Part shown: positions 9,647 to 19,907 of the stretch, one piece after another | Position numbering within the stretch: position 1 is the stretch's first letter | Layout: every line of letters starts with the position of its first letter | Notes under the pieces: generated by a model | Databases searched by the model: none | Told to the model about the DNA's origin: nothing | What the model saw: only the letters and a program-made list of their open reading frames with translations | Program-made: the position numbers and the translations under genes | NCBI GenBank assembly: GCA_016839515.1 | Contig: JAEOUE010000209.1 | Location: 1-64,000 of the forward strand | DNA: 64,000 bases | Direction of reading: 5' to 3' | From: Candidatus Hodarchaeum mangrovi | GTDB lineage: Archaea > Asgardarchaeota > Heimdallarchaeia > Hodarchaeales > Hodarchaeaceae

Positions 9647-10453
9647 CTAATTGAAATGAAATTCAATAGTTTTTTTCTCAGAATCAGCCCAAGACGCTCT
9701 TTTTGTTTCTACTAATAGTTTCATGATATTTTTAATGTCAGTTCCAGGTAAGGTCGACCAGCTTTGCTTCATTTGGATAATATCATATGCAGTGACCATT
9801 TCATACCCATTCTTGAATGCAAACTCAAATAAATCGTCACAGTACGTTATTAGAGTCTTCCAATATATTCGTAACCGTGTTTTTTGCTCATCCCACCATT
9901 TTGCTTTGTTTATTTCTACTAAATAATCTGAAATAAGGATCAATTGAGGAATAGATAATTTCTTCTTTGTAAGTGTATTATAAAAAGGATAAACTAAGCT
10001 AATCTCTTGTAAATCAATAATATGAAGATTCAGGATCCGTGCAAAATCTAAAATAAACTCACCCCAAGTGATTAACCACTGCTTTTTGTGTTCAATGTCA
10101 TCTGGAACCATCCAACGCCAAGGTTTATTTACCCATTGTGGTATAATCGGTTTAATTCTTGGGTCGATTTTACCAGGTTCCAATATAGGCTTTTGCAAAG
10201 TTTCGGTACTGATATCGTTCAATATAGACTCTTGAGAGGAAATTTCAGTATCAATTGTTTGATTAGATGGAGGAATTACTCTTTCTGATGAAAATGAGCT
10301 AAGATCTATTTTCTCTGTTTCAGGTTTTTCGGTTAAAGATTCATTTAATTGATTCATAACACTTTCTAAAACTTCAAAGGGTTCATTTTCTTTCTTTTTA
10401 ACATCTGATTTCTCGCGTTTTCGTTGCATCTCAGCCATATACATCCAGCTCAC
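9647..10453 (-). CDS. ESCRT-II subunit Vps25/EAP20 with long N-terminal extension
   Basis: W-x-x-FIL, PF-x-N, KAKW-W-D, IYWKT tandem winged-helix pattern of Vps25; lies in ESCRT operon. Confidence 0.8.
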   Translation of the reverse strand: MSWMYMAEMQRKREKSDVKKKENEPFEVLESVMNQLNESLTEKPETEKIDLSSFSSERVIPPSNQTIDTEISSQESILNDISTETLQKPILEPGKIDPRIKPIIPQWVNKPWRWMVPDDIEHKKQWLITWGEFILDFARILNLHIIDLQEISLVYPFYNTLTKKKLSIPQLILISDYLVEINKAKWWDEQKTRLRIYWKTLITYCDDLFEFAFKNGYEMVTAYDIIQMKQSWSTLPGTDIKNIMKLLVETKRASWADSEKKTIEFHFN

Positions 10454-10477
10454 TGAACATGTACAGATTTTTGTACC

Positions 10478-11638
10478 TTATCCTCCGAATTTTTCTTTCC
10501 ACTTTTCATATTCAACAAGCTCTTCAGGAGAAACAGATGGTTTAATATGAACCATAGATTGTGTGAAATCATCAATATTAGGTTTTCTGGGCTGAATTGA
10601 ATGGTCTTTTAACGCCCCATCAGCATCAAGCTCACGAATAGGATGCATTAATGCTTCACGACAGAGAAGTGCAATGTCTGCAGCAGTATATCCAGCTGTA
10701 TAATCAGATAATTGACCAAAATCCACATTAGAATCTAAAGCAACACCACGAGTGTGAATCTTAAACATAACCTCCCGTGCAGACTGATTAGGCAATCCTA
10801 TATAAACTCTTCGTTCAAATCGACGCCTCATTGCTGCATCAATATCCCAAGGAGTATTTGTTGCTCCAATTGTAACAACTAATTCATCTCCAGTTCCAAA
10901 TCCTTCAACTGCCTGAAGTAGCTGTGTTTTTACCCGACGCATGGCATCATGCTCGGAAGCACCCCCTCTTCTTCCAGCTAAGGCATCAATTTCATCAAAA
11001 AATATAATCGAGGGAGCTTCTTCTTCTGCACGGTCATAAAGCTCTTCAACTAACTTTTCAGATTCACCTAACCACTTACTGATCAAATTTGCAGCACTAA
11101 CAGAAAAAAATGTAGAGTCCACCTCAGAGGCAACAGCTTTACACAGATAAGTTTTTCCACAGCCAGGAGGACCAAATAATAATATTCCTTTCCATGGTTT
11201 ACGTGCTCCTTTAAATAAGTCAGGGCGACTCATAGGAAGAATAACTGCCTCTCTCAAGGCTCTTTTAGCTTCTATCATTCCCGCAACGTCCTCCCACTTC
11301 ACATTTGGCTTTTCTCTGACAATTACATCCGATATTGCACCTGTAATTTCATCCTCAGGCCCTGAAGATGCTGAAGAAGAAGGTGTTCCTTTTCCTTTAC
11401 TTTTCCCTTCCGAGGGTTCAATTATTCCTCTAATTTCTTTAACTCGTATAATATAAGACATTGCACGTTCGTAATATAACTTCTTCATATTTGGATCTTC
11501 TGTAAAATCTCGTAATTTATGCAGCTGCTCTGCAGCAGCTATATAGTATCGAATCGATTGATGAGATTGCCCACTTTGATCTAATTTATAGGCGATATTT
11601 GCGTTTTTTTTGGCTGCCTCAAACAATGGACTAGACAT
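10478..11638 (-). CDS. vps4: Vps4 AAA+ ATPase with N-terminal MIT domain
   Basis: MIT helices; EKPNVKWEDVAG, GPPGCGKT, SKWLGESEK, DEID, RRRFERR, W-x-EKFG end. Confidence 0.96.
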   Translation of the reverse strand: MSSPLFEAAKKNANIAYKLDQSGQSHQSIRYYIAAAEQLHKLRDFTEDPNMKKLYYERAMSYIIRVKEIRGIIEPSEGKSKGKGTPSSSASSGPEDEITGAISDVIVREKPNVKWEDVAGMIEAKRALREAVILPMSRPDLFKGARKPWKGILLFGPPGCGKTYLCKAVASEVDSTFFSVSAANLISKWLGESEKLVEELYDRAEEEAPSIIFFDEIDALAGRRGGASEHDAMRRVKTQLLQAVEGFGTGDELVVTIGATNTPWDIDAAMRRRFERRVYIGLPNQSAREVMFKIHTRGVALDSNVDFGQLSDYTAGYTAADIALLCREALMHPIRELDADGALKDHSIQPRKPNIDDFTQSMVHIKPSVSPEELVEYEKWKEKFGG

Positions 11639-11680
11639 AATGTATTCTCCTTAGATTAATCAAATTAGAAAATGAAGGAA

Positions 11681-12292
11681 TTAATCTTTCTTAATTTTTT
11701 CTAGTTCTTTTTGTAGCTCTTGAGAACGAATATCTGGCGTTGGAAGCCCAAAATCTGCTGTAGCTACTTTTGAGGCACTAATTTCACCAATTATTTTTTC
11801 CACCATTTCATCTTCTTCAACATCAGAGGTCATCATTTCAAATCCCTCATCCATTGCATCAGTAGCAATATCAATTCTTTCGGTTTCTATCTCCATTTGT
11901 TGAAGAACTCCCTCTAATTGGGGGATTTTCAGCTGAGTATTCATTTGATGAAGTGCTCTTACTAATCCTCTCAAGTCTTTTCCAATTGCTTGAGTTGCTG
12001 CTGCTTGTTCGAGTTTAAATTTAATAGCTTTTACCCGGCTAGCCATCTGTTGGCATCCTCGGGCCATGGTACGATTTTTGGCTACATCTTTGGCTAATAA
12101 ACGGGCGGTAGTCATATCTCCATCTTCGACAGCTTTTTCTACTTCCTTCAACATCTGTCTTTCTTCTTTAATCAGCTTATTTCGTTGGCGTGTCATTCTT
12201 TTTTCAACCATTCGAAGACGAACTATCCACTTGCGTGTGTTTGTAGAACGATCTCCACCTCTAAGCCAGTTCCCGAATTTATCAAATACCAT
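11681..12292 (-). CDS. ESCRT-III, Vps2/Vps24/Vps46 class
   Basis: Basic N-terminal helices, ARLLAKDVAK, acidic C-half, terminal MIM1-like ELQKELEKIK. Confidence 0.92.
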   Translation of the reverse strand: MVFDKFGNWLRGGDRSTNTRKWIVRLRMVEKRMTRQRNKLIKEERQMLKEVEKAVEDGDMTTARLLAKDVAKNRTMARGCQQMASRVKAIKFKLEQAAATQAIGKDLRGLVRALHQMNTQLKIPQLEGVLQQMEIETERIDIATDAMDEGFEMMTSDVEEDEMVEKIIGEISASKVATADFGLPTPDIRSQELQKELEKIKKD

Positions 12293-12294
12293 TA

Positions 12295-12966
12295 TTAAGA
12301 CCTCAATCCTTCTTCAATTTGTTTTCGCATTTCTTCCAATTTTTTCTTATCAGCTTCTTTGGTTGCAGAACTTTGAGTGCCTGTAGAGGAACTAATTGGA
12401 GAAGACACTGCTGGTTCTTTTTTTTCCTTAATAAATGATTCAGAAGCAATTTCAGCTTCTAATTCAGCCATTTGTTGAGAAATACGGTCTTCAGCTTCTA
12501 CATCCATCCCAATTTCGGTAATAGAGGTATCTGTAAGTGCTTCATCCATATCTGAAACCATTTCGATTGAATCCTCTAATGCCATCATAACTTCCTCTGT
12601 TCGTTCTGGAGAAGCTGCAGCGATATTAGCATCTATGGATGTTTGAGCATCAGATAGGGTCTGAGTAAGGGTTACATTATCTGCTGAAATATCTAGTGTA
12701 TCTATCGTTCGTTGAAGATTTGAAATTTTATTATAGCTGCTTGTTACTTGTGTTAAATATAATTCACGTCTTTTTAACGCTTGTTGAGCACCTTGTTTAT
12801 TACCGCCCCTAAGTAGTGTTCGTGCAAGGTCATGTTGCTCATCTGCTTGGCGCTGATAATTTTTTATCTTAACTTCCATTTGATTAATCGTTCGTTTAAG
12901 CTTTGCCTTAGTTTCGGTTGAGCTTGAAGGTTTTTTTCCAGTTAAGAATCCTTTAATTCTTTTCAA
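12295..12966 (-). CDS. ESCRT-III, Snf7/Vps20/Vps32/Vps60 class
   Basis: GNKQGAQQALKRRELY Snf7 motif; basic-then-acidic helical architecture. Confidence 0.92.
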   Translation of the reverse strand: MKRIKGFLTGKKPSSSTETKAKLKRTINQMEVKIKNYQRQADEQHDLARTLLRGGNKQGAQQALKRRELYLTQVTSSYNKISNLQRTIDTLDISADNVTLTQTLSDAQTSIDANIAAASPERTEEVMMALEDSIEMVSDMDEALTDTSITEIGMDVEAEDRISQQMAELEAEIASESFIKEKKEPAVSSPISSSTGTQSSATKEADKKKLEEMRKQIEEGLRS

Positions 12967-13181
12967 AGAAGTATCATCTCTTCTAATTGTTATTATATAT
13001 AAGTCCTTAAAATATATTATATAAGTTCATGTCACTTTCAGGTAGGCTTCTTATTAAGACTTCCTATAAGTACTATATAACTCCCTTCTACAGATATGGT
13101 ATATCCAAATTATGATTTTCCTCTTAATGATAATAGTAAAGACCTGTGTCCAATGATAATAATTAACATTAACGTATCAGA

Positions 13182-13916
13182 TCAAATTGCAGGGAACGAA
13201 ATGGTTAATCCATCAAGGGAATCGGATTTAATTGCAATACGCTGCTTTATTAGAGAATCTAACGCATTATTAACCCTTTCTATAGTCCATGAGGTTTTTC
13301 TCAACAATTCAGATAATCCAATCTCACCATTATATTGAGCTGCGAGTTCTAATATCACTTGGTGATCATCAGATAGTTTTGGATCCAAAAATTCAACAAT
13401 TTTTATTCCAGCTAGTTTTTTAATTGCATGTATCATTCCATTTTCTTCAAGCATCTTCAGGGCAGAATTCATATCATTTATTGAGATTGTAATCCCTTTA
13501 CTTTCATCATTAAGTCGTGTAAGCAATTCAGAAACGCTTAATAATCCTCCAGTTTGAAGCCTTGTGTTTTTCCCAATTTCTATAATTCTTAGGCTTAAAT
13601 AATTCAGATAATCATCTTTTCCCTTTAATTTATCTATTATCCCTGGTTTTTTCCCTACCTCATAGATTCCAAGAGCTTGTGGAAGACCTAACTCCTCTCG
13701 AATTATCATTAGACGTTGAGCCAATTGTGGATTTTTCTTGAAATCTCCTTCATAGGTTTTTTCCAATTTTTGAAGCTCATCATGAAGCTGATGGACTTTT
13801 TGACTTAATTCTTCAAGGGATTTAAGCGCAAGTTTTGTACCTTTTCTTTTCAATTCAGCTTCTTGTGTGATTTTCTCTTCAATTCTTCGTAATCCCATTG
13901 GTTTAGCATTCCTCAT
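13182..13916 (-). CDS. ESCRT-II subunit Vps22/Vps36 (EAP30 domain)
   Basis: MGLRRI start, I-x-x-NP...LG, GGLLSVSEL, IS-x-ND, LSDDH-x-x-ILEL, W-x-x-ER motifs. Confidence 0.92.
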   Translation of the reverse strand: MRNAKPMGLRRIEEKITQEAELKRKGTKLALKSLEELSQKVHQLHDELQKLEKTYEGDFKKNPQLAQRLMIIREELGLPQALGIYEVGKKPGIIDKLKGKDDYLNYLSLRIIEIGKNTRLQTGGLLSVSELLTRLNDESKGITISINDMNSALKMLEENGMIHAIKKLAGIKIVEFLDPKLSDDHQVILELAAQYNGEIGLSELLRKTSWTIERVNNALDSLIKQRIAIKSDSLDGLTISFPAI

Positions 13917-14275
13917 TTTTTTTGATAGAGGTCACTCGTTAGAAATCTATGTTAAGATCTTTATATTTCTTTACAATTCGGTACAAAAAAAAGAGCCTTT
14001 ATAGGAAATTTTCCTGAATAGGGGTTATAATTGATCATTCTAATTTAATTAACTATCCTTTTCTCCTGATTAATACGAAGTACTTCATTTTTGTGTTTTT
14101 CGTTGAAATAATCAGTTTTTCTTTAAATTTACTACAAGATCATTTATTTTAAGTCTTTAATTTATATATAATCAACTTTTACAAAAAATTATAGGGATAA
14201 TACACAACATATTATGCTAAGATTTTCTTTCCTTATAAAGACAGTTTTCAGTTAAATGTTTAGGTTTGGATCAGA

Positions 14276-15622
14276 ATGGTACTTGATCTTAGTTTCAGCT
14301 CAGCTCCTATTTATTGTTCATTCTGTGGTACCATGATAATTGATTCAAACTCTAAAAAATGTTTGGAATGCGAAGCTTCCTTCTGTGCTAAATGTAGTGC
14401 TAATCTTCAGATAAATGGTTCTGCTCTTCAATGTCCATGTGGATCAAATAATATTGAAGATTATGGATCAAATAATAGCAATACAGCCCAATCTCTAGAA
14501 CACGTTTTTGAACTTAAACGTTCGCTTAAACAAATGGCATATAGACCAGTGGTGGCCCTTAAAAGAACAGGTCAGTTAGAATTACGCCTCCGATCTCTTC
14601 GAAAACAGTTCTTAATCCCACGTCATCATTTAGACAAGATTTTCTTAGAGACAAAAAAAATTGAAAATTTCATTTTGGAGGAGTTTTTCTCTTATTCAGA
14701 AAAATTACATCGTATATATCGTTCTGTTCTTGGATTCGATTCAGGATTCTCCGATCTTCGAAATATTTCAATGCAATTCACTCTTTTTGAAAAGCAAATT
14801 ACAAGTTTTGACCAAACCGTCCAAACCAAACTCGATCCTATTCAAGATTTAATTCACGAACTTGAAACTATATGTAATTCGTTTGAAGACATGGCAAAAA
14901 AATTATCGAGTTGTTTTGATATATTCTTCCTAGTTCCAGGAGAACTAGGGATTGGATACTTTTCAGATATTGATCTTAAGAAAAATAGAAGCCGTAAGAA
15001 AACAATTGACCTTGCTATTACTACTGATCGTATTGTGATGCTTCAAAATAAACGTTATAAAGTGTTTAGTAATAAAGCAATTATTTTTGATGAATTTCCT
15101 CCTGAAGATTTAATTGATGTGCAAAAATCGAATTCAGGATTCTTTAAACGAGATGAATTGTCAATAACGACAATCCAGCAGGATTACATACTTCGGGCTG
15201 AGTCTACTATCTTATTACGTATCTTTGATTCACTTCAAGTAAGTTATTATGGACGACCAAGTGAGTTATATATATATGAACCTTTTCGGGACTGGTCTTC
15301 AGAAAATTATCAAGAAAAAATATTAAATGCTTTAAATTTTCAGATAGATTCCAGTAGAGATGCAAAAATTCATTCTGAAACACCAAACCAACATGATAAA
15401 GATCCAGAATTCGTGATTGGTGTTTTGCAAGATAGACTTCGTGATCTAAGAATTCGAAAACTAGCAAATGAAAAAGCTTTGCAGGAGTTGAAAGAAGGAA
15501 GAAAAAAAGTCCATAGTCGCGAATATTTCGATCTCGTAAGACAATTTGAGCTGGAATTAGCAAAATTGAATGAGGAGATTACAGAATTACTAATCAGAAC
15601 AGGAAAAACAAATATTTTATAG
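14276..15622 (+). CDS. ESCRT-locus protein: 8-Cys FYVE-like Zn finger, helical region, PH/GLUE-like domain, C-terminal steadiness-box-like hairpin
   Basis: Cys 14/17/29/32/37/40/53/55; LVPGE...LAITTDRIV PH-like strands; aa 390-435 align by eye with the Vps23 SB hairpin. Confidence 0.6.
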   Translation: MVLDLSFSSAPIYCSFCGTMIIDSNSKKCLECEASFCAKCSANLQINGSALQCPCGSNNIEDYGSNNSNTAQSLEHVFELKRSLKQMAYRPVVALKRTGQLELRLRSLRKQFLIPRHHLDKIFLETKKIENFILEEFFSYSEKLHRIYRSVLGFDSGFSDLRNISMQFTLFEKQITSFDQTVQTKLDPIQDLIHELETICNSFEDMAKKLSSCFDIFFLVPGELGIGYFSDIDLKKNRSRKKTIDLAITTDRIVMLQNKRYKVFSNKAIIFDEFPPEDLIDVQKSNSGFFKRDELSITTIQQDYILRAESTILLRIFDSLQVSYYGRPSELYIYEPFRDWSSENYQEKILNALNFQIDSSRDAKIHSETPNQHDKDPEFVIGVLQDRLRDLRIRKLANEKALQELKEGRKKVHSREYFDLVRQFELELAKLNEEITELLIRTGKTNIL

Positions 15623-15625
15623 ACT

Positions 15626-16255
15626 TTATAGATTGGTTAATTCCCGTCTGAAATTTGATAACCAACGGGACGCCTGTAATTCAAGTTTTTTAAGCTCATC
15701 AGTCTTTAATAATTGACCTGGTTTTTGGCGATCCATCCAACCAATCCATTGACTTATATCTTGAGTTACCCAATGATCTTTTCCATATATTTTAAGATTA
15801 GTTAATATAGATGCTAATTCATCTAAATATGGTAATATTCGATCTACTGTTGCAATTGCCTCTAAATGTAGTAAATCTAGGAGTTCGATTGTATTGGCCA
15901 CAAAATCAGCAGCAATTGCTGGCAATCTTTTTATTTGGCTATAATCGATTTGATTCAACGGATTATCAGCATCACCTTCAGTTCTTCGTACTTTTTCTAA
16001 ACCGAAAGGAAATTTGGACTCCATTGCCTCTTTTTTGATGAAATCATCCAAATTGAAATGGTATTGGTCTAGTGCTGCCCGAGTTTCAACAATACTGGAT
16101 AAAAGGTTTTTGAATTGCTTATGATAGATATTTGGATCAATTTCACCTTTCTCAAATGTTCGTGAAAGAAGATCAAGTGTACCAATATCAGCATAAAGTC
16201 TAGCTTCTAGTTCCCATCGTTTCTTTAAATTCGGTGGAAAGGTCATTTGTGTCAT
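15626..16255 (-). CDS. ESCRT-I subunit Vps28
   Basis: LYA-x-I-x-TLD-x-L-x-R-x-F-x-x-G-x-I...Y hairpin; FV-x-x-x-IELLD-x-L four-helix CTD. Confidence 0.9.
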   Translation of the reverse strand: MTQMTFPPNLKKRWELEARLYADIGTLDLLSRTFEKGEIDPNIYHKQFKNLLSSIVETRAALDQYHFNLDDFIKKEAMESKFPFGLEKVRRTEGDADNPLNQIDYSQIKRLPAIAADFVANTIELLDLLHLEAIATVDRILPYLDELASILTNLKIYGKDHWVTQDISQWIGWMDRQKPGQLLKTDELKKLELQASRWLSNFRRELTNL

Positions 16256-16256
16256 C

Positions 16257-16991
16257 TTATCCTATATAATCAAGTTCTTTTCGGATTAAGTATAAGTCTT
16301 TGGAATATTTTTTATACAGACGGGAATATTCAAAAATTGATATTTCTCCAGCTGCATAACGATCCTCAAGAGAGGCTAATAATTCAGAAATTGCTATACG
16401 TTCTGATTCTAAATCGTCCTTGGTTGATCTTTGGGGTCGTTTTTCCTCGCCTAAACTTTCAGTTTGAACCATCTGTCGTGCGCGCAATCTCGCTAGCTCT
16501 TCTTCTTTTTCCTGTAGAGTTTGGTTTAAATTGATGAGTTCTTTGCGTAACGAATCGGTCTCTGCATTAACTGTAGGTTCGATATAACGAGGAGGTGACT
16601 CTGTGATTTTGATTACAGTATCCCGTACGGATCTAGCAGTTTCACCACGTGGAGCAGGTGGAACACGGGACATTAGATTTTTCAATGCTATTATAACTTG
16701 ATATAAATGAAATTCCGCCCGCCAATTTTCTAAGATTCGTAATTGAACAAATCCATCCTCATCGATATTTGGATGATCCATCCAACCCACTGCTGTGACA
16801 ACAGGAGGAACATTAGGAAAATATTCAGGTAGAAATATCTCAAAGGTGAACATATTTCGACCACGACTCGTTGTATATGTCAAAGTGCCTTGCCATTTGG
16901 CAAGAGAATCCTCAACAGGATTGAAACCTGATGCAGCAGTGTTGGAATAAACTAATTGTGCTTCACGCGCGAGTATAAAGTCTCTATCCAT
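16257..16991 (-). CDS. ESCRT-I subunit Vps23/TSG101 (UEV, coiled coil, steadiness box)
   Basis: E2 fold (FP-x-x-PP, HPNID) lacking the catalytic Cys; coiled coil; SB motif GEIS-x-x-EY. Confidence 0.92.
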   Translation of the reverse strand: MDRDFILAREAQLVYSNTAASGFNPVEDSLAKWQGTLTYTTSRGRNMFTFEIFLPEYFPNVPPVVTAVGWMDHPNIDEDGFVQLRILENWRAEFHLYQVIIALKNLMSRVPPAPRGETARSVRDTVIKITESPPRYIEPTVNAETDSLRKELINLNQTLQEKEEELARLRARQMVQTESLGEEKRPQRSTKDDLESERIAISELLASLEDRYAAGEISIFEYSRLYKKYSKDLYLIRKELDYIG

Positions 16992-17216
16992 TTTTTTAAC
17001 TCCTAACCTCGGTTTTATTTACAATACCAATCTGAGGAGGTTTTTTTCGAGTATTTTAAACGATTCAGATCATGTATATTTAATTTAATGAACCTTAAAA
17101 AAGACTCACAATAAGGAATGGGAATATTCCTAATTATCCTTTGTTAAGGATTTATTACCTCACAGGTTTCTTAATACATGAAATATTTAATTTTTTTTCT
17201 TCAATGAATATTTAAT

Positions 17217-18458
17217 TTAATTTTTCTTTTTTAAAGGATTTGCTAGGAAATTTAATAATTCTTGTCCTAAAAGTTCAAATGCATATTCGATATTTAACCC
17301 TGTCTTTGCACTTGTTGGGAGATAATAGATTTTAAATCCTCGATATTGCTTTGAAATTTGTGATAAACGACCAACAAAAATTCTTGCTTTTTCTTCAGAG
17401 ACACAATGAATTGTACCATCGCAAAGATCAGTTTTATTTCCAAGAATCACAAGTGGGACAGGACCACGTCCATTACTCTTCCAGAGCTCATTCATCCATA
17501 AAACAATATTCTGAAAACTATCAGGTCTGGTAACATCAAATACGGCAAGTGCTCCAATTGCTGTAGTATAATAAGCCATACGAACTCCATCAAACCGTGG
17601 TTGCCCTGCTAAATCCCAGATTACGTATTTAATTCTTTTCCCACCAGCATAAATCAAAGATGATTTTTTTACTGCCAAATCGGCCCCAATAGTCATTTGA
17701 TAATCATGTCGAAAGCCTTCTCCAAGATAATGTCTACGAATGGATGTTTTCCCAACAGCACCATCACCAATTAATATTATTTTTAGAGTGTGCTCTTCTT
17801 GGACAAAATTGGCTTTTGCAGACTCTATTAACTGCTCTAATGCTCTACTTAATTCCTTATTAATTGAAGGTATTTGCTCTGGATAAAGCTTCAAGACTTC
17901 AACAATCTGGAAAGCTAAAGGAGCTGCTTTATCACGTGGTACAAATTTAGAGGTTATGATTGAAATAATAAAATCTTGAATGATGAAGAAATGTATCGTT
18001 TGATTTTCAAGGGAAAGTTCCTCAAGCATTTTACCTAATTTGTGATGAACATAATTATTAATTGCATTTAAGATAAAACCAGTAGTTTCTTTATAATCGT
18101 TGCTAACCTCAGAGGGAAATTCAAATAAACATTTGCCATTCTGTTTGTAGCAGGAAATGAAATGAATTTCTTCTACTTTTTCTGGTTTTTCTAACCCAAA
18201 TTTGCGAAATTCCTCTATTTCTTTTTTACTAGCCATTTCCCCCTCTGAATAAACAGTTTGCAATAAATTTAAATAATCGCTACGTCCTGACAATGCTTCT
18301 TCCAAATCAACTTGAATTTTTAACTGAAACTCTTCCATTTCACTGGCAATTGATTCGTCTAAAACTCGGTCTTCTAGAGATTGTTTCTTTTTTCTTTGTA
18401 AAGTATTAAAGGACGAGAGTTTTTCTTTCATTGACCGAATTCTCCGGAGTTTTTTCAA
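17217..18458 (-). CDS. Rab-like small GTPase fused to N-terminal helical and longin-like domains
   Basis: G1 GDGAVGKT, G2 TIGAD, G3 WDLAGQ-x-RF, G4 NKTD, G5 TSAK; longin-like IHFISCY-x-x-NG-x-CLF. Confidence 0.85.
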   Translation of the reverse strand: MKKLRRIRSMKEKLSSFNTLQRKKKQSLEDRVLDESIASEMEEFQLKIQVDLEEALSGRSDYLNLLQTVYSEGEMASKKEIEEFRKFGLEKPEKVEEIHFISCYKQNGKCLFEFPSEVSNDYKETTGFILNAINNYVHHKLGKMLEELSLENQTIHFFIIQDFIISIITSKFVPRDKAAPLAFQIVEVLKLYPEQIPSINKELSRALEQLIESAKANFVQEEHTLKIILIGDGAVGKTSIRRHYLGEGFRHDYQMTIGADLAVKKSSLIYAGGKRIKYVIWDLAGQPRFDGVRMAYYTTAIGALAVFDVTRPDSFQNIVLWMNELWKSNGRGPVPLVILGNKTDLCDGTIHCVSEEKARIFVGRLSQISKQYRGFKIYYLPTSAKTGLNIEYAFELLGQELLNFLANPLKKKN

Positions 18459-18613
18459 GCGAATTCTATTTTTAATTTAAGAAATGCACTTAAGCTCTTT
18501 AAGCGTTTGTTAATCAAGAATTCACTTCTCTCTTAAAATCTTACAGTTCAATTAATCAATATTGATATGACCAAGATTTATTCCACAATATATTCCAAAT
18601 TAAGTGTTAAACT

Positions 18614-19681
18614 TTATTTACCTTTTAAAAAAACTGACTCAATTTTTGTAAACAACCAAGGGATAATTAGAGCTAAAGTAAAAGCTAAAATGAAATAAGA
18701 GCAATAGTCTACTAAAGTACTCACCCAAGGTACTATACTTTGAGAATTTTCAAATAATCCAGAAACCTTATCCGTAAAAAAGTAAAGTAATACAACTGAA
18801 GTGAATCCTATAATTATTCGTATGAGTAAACTTACTGGTTGCCTTCCATAGATTTTAAAATTAATATATTGGTCTTCAAAAACCTTTCCAACTATAATTC
18901 CACCAAAGATACCAGGGTACACTCCTAAATCACTGTTGTTCCAAAGATCTGTAACGAGTGCACTTCCAAATAGAAAAGTAGTTAAATAAACAACTCCAAA
19001 TCCTAGAATAACTAAGATTATACTACTTAAAAAGCCCAAAAATATCTTTACTTTGTCTGATTTTTGTGTATAATAACTTCCATATCGCTTATCAATTTGA
19101 ACATACAATAAAGCTACCAGAATACCAACGACAACTCCAATAATTATATCACTAGGCCAATGTACACCTAAATAGCTTCTACTGAGAGGTATGGATATTA
19201 ATAATACTAATCCTAAAACTAGAATTGAAAAATTCCTATATTTCTGGAAAACAAATCCCCATAAGGTTCCTTGAGTTTGAGAATGTCCAGAAGGAAATGA
19301 ATATCCACTAGCACTCCACGTAGTTTCTCGTAATATTTGTGTAGTAACCTTAAATTTCTCATCATATATATAAGGACGAGGATTATGAAAAAATATCTTC
19401 AATATTGAGTTTAAACAAGCTGATAACGTAATTAGATAAATTATTTTTAACATATATTCCTTATTATAAGTATAATAGAGTAGTACCATTACTATAAGAA
19501 TTGGTAGTGTATTTCCAAATGTGGTTACAACTCCAAAGTAAAAATCTATAATATCATTAGAAAAGCTTTGAATAAATTCGAGTATTTGTTCACCAAATAA
19601 ACCAAGGATTAGATCAGACAATTTATCACAGCCTTTTATTGCTTTGACACTGAAAATTCTTTCAAAACGCTCAATTACCAT
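18614..19681 (-). CDS. PAP2-family membrane lipid phosphatase
   Basis: K-x6-RP, FPSGH, SR-x-YLGVHWPSD motifs; multiple TMs. Confidence 0.92.
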   Translation of the reverse strand: MVIERFERIFSVKAIKGCDKLSDLILGLFGEQILEFIQSFSNDIIDFYFGVVTTFGNTLPILIVMVLLYYTYNKEYMLKIIYLITLSACLNSILKIFFHNPRPYIYDEKFKVTTQILRETTWSASGYSFPSGHSQTQGTLWGFVFQKYRNFSILVLGLVLLISIPLSRSYLGVHWPSDIIIGVVVGILVALLYVQIDKRYGSYYTQKSDKVKIFLGFLSSIILVILGFGVVYLTTFLFGSALVTDLWNNSDLGVYPGIFGGIIVGKVFEDQYINFKIYGRQPVSLLIRIIIGFTSVVLLYFFTDKVSGLFENSQSIVPWVSTLVDYCSYFILAFTLALIIPWLFTKIESVFLKGK

Positions 19682-19907
19682 TTTTTTAAGCTTTTTCTTA
19701 GATAAAGTTGGGGTATCTTTTGGTTAATTTCCTAAAAGCTTGAACTTGATAATTTTAATTTTATCCTGTTTTTTTCAATTTCACACAGCTTTTAAATAAC
19801 ACAGTTCTTAACAAATGTAATATTGATCTTATATTTTTAACTCAAAAATTATTGCTATTAACCATTCAAATGCTGTCTAAGATTTATTTACAGGTGAAGA
19901 TTTCCCA

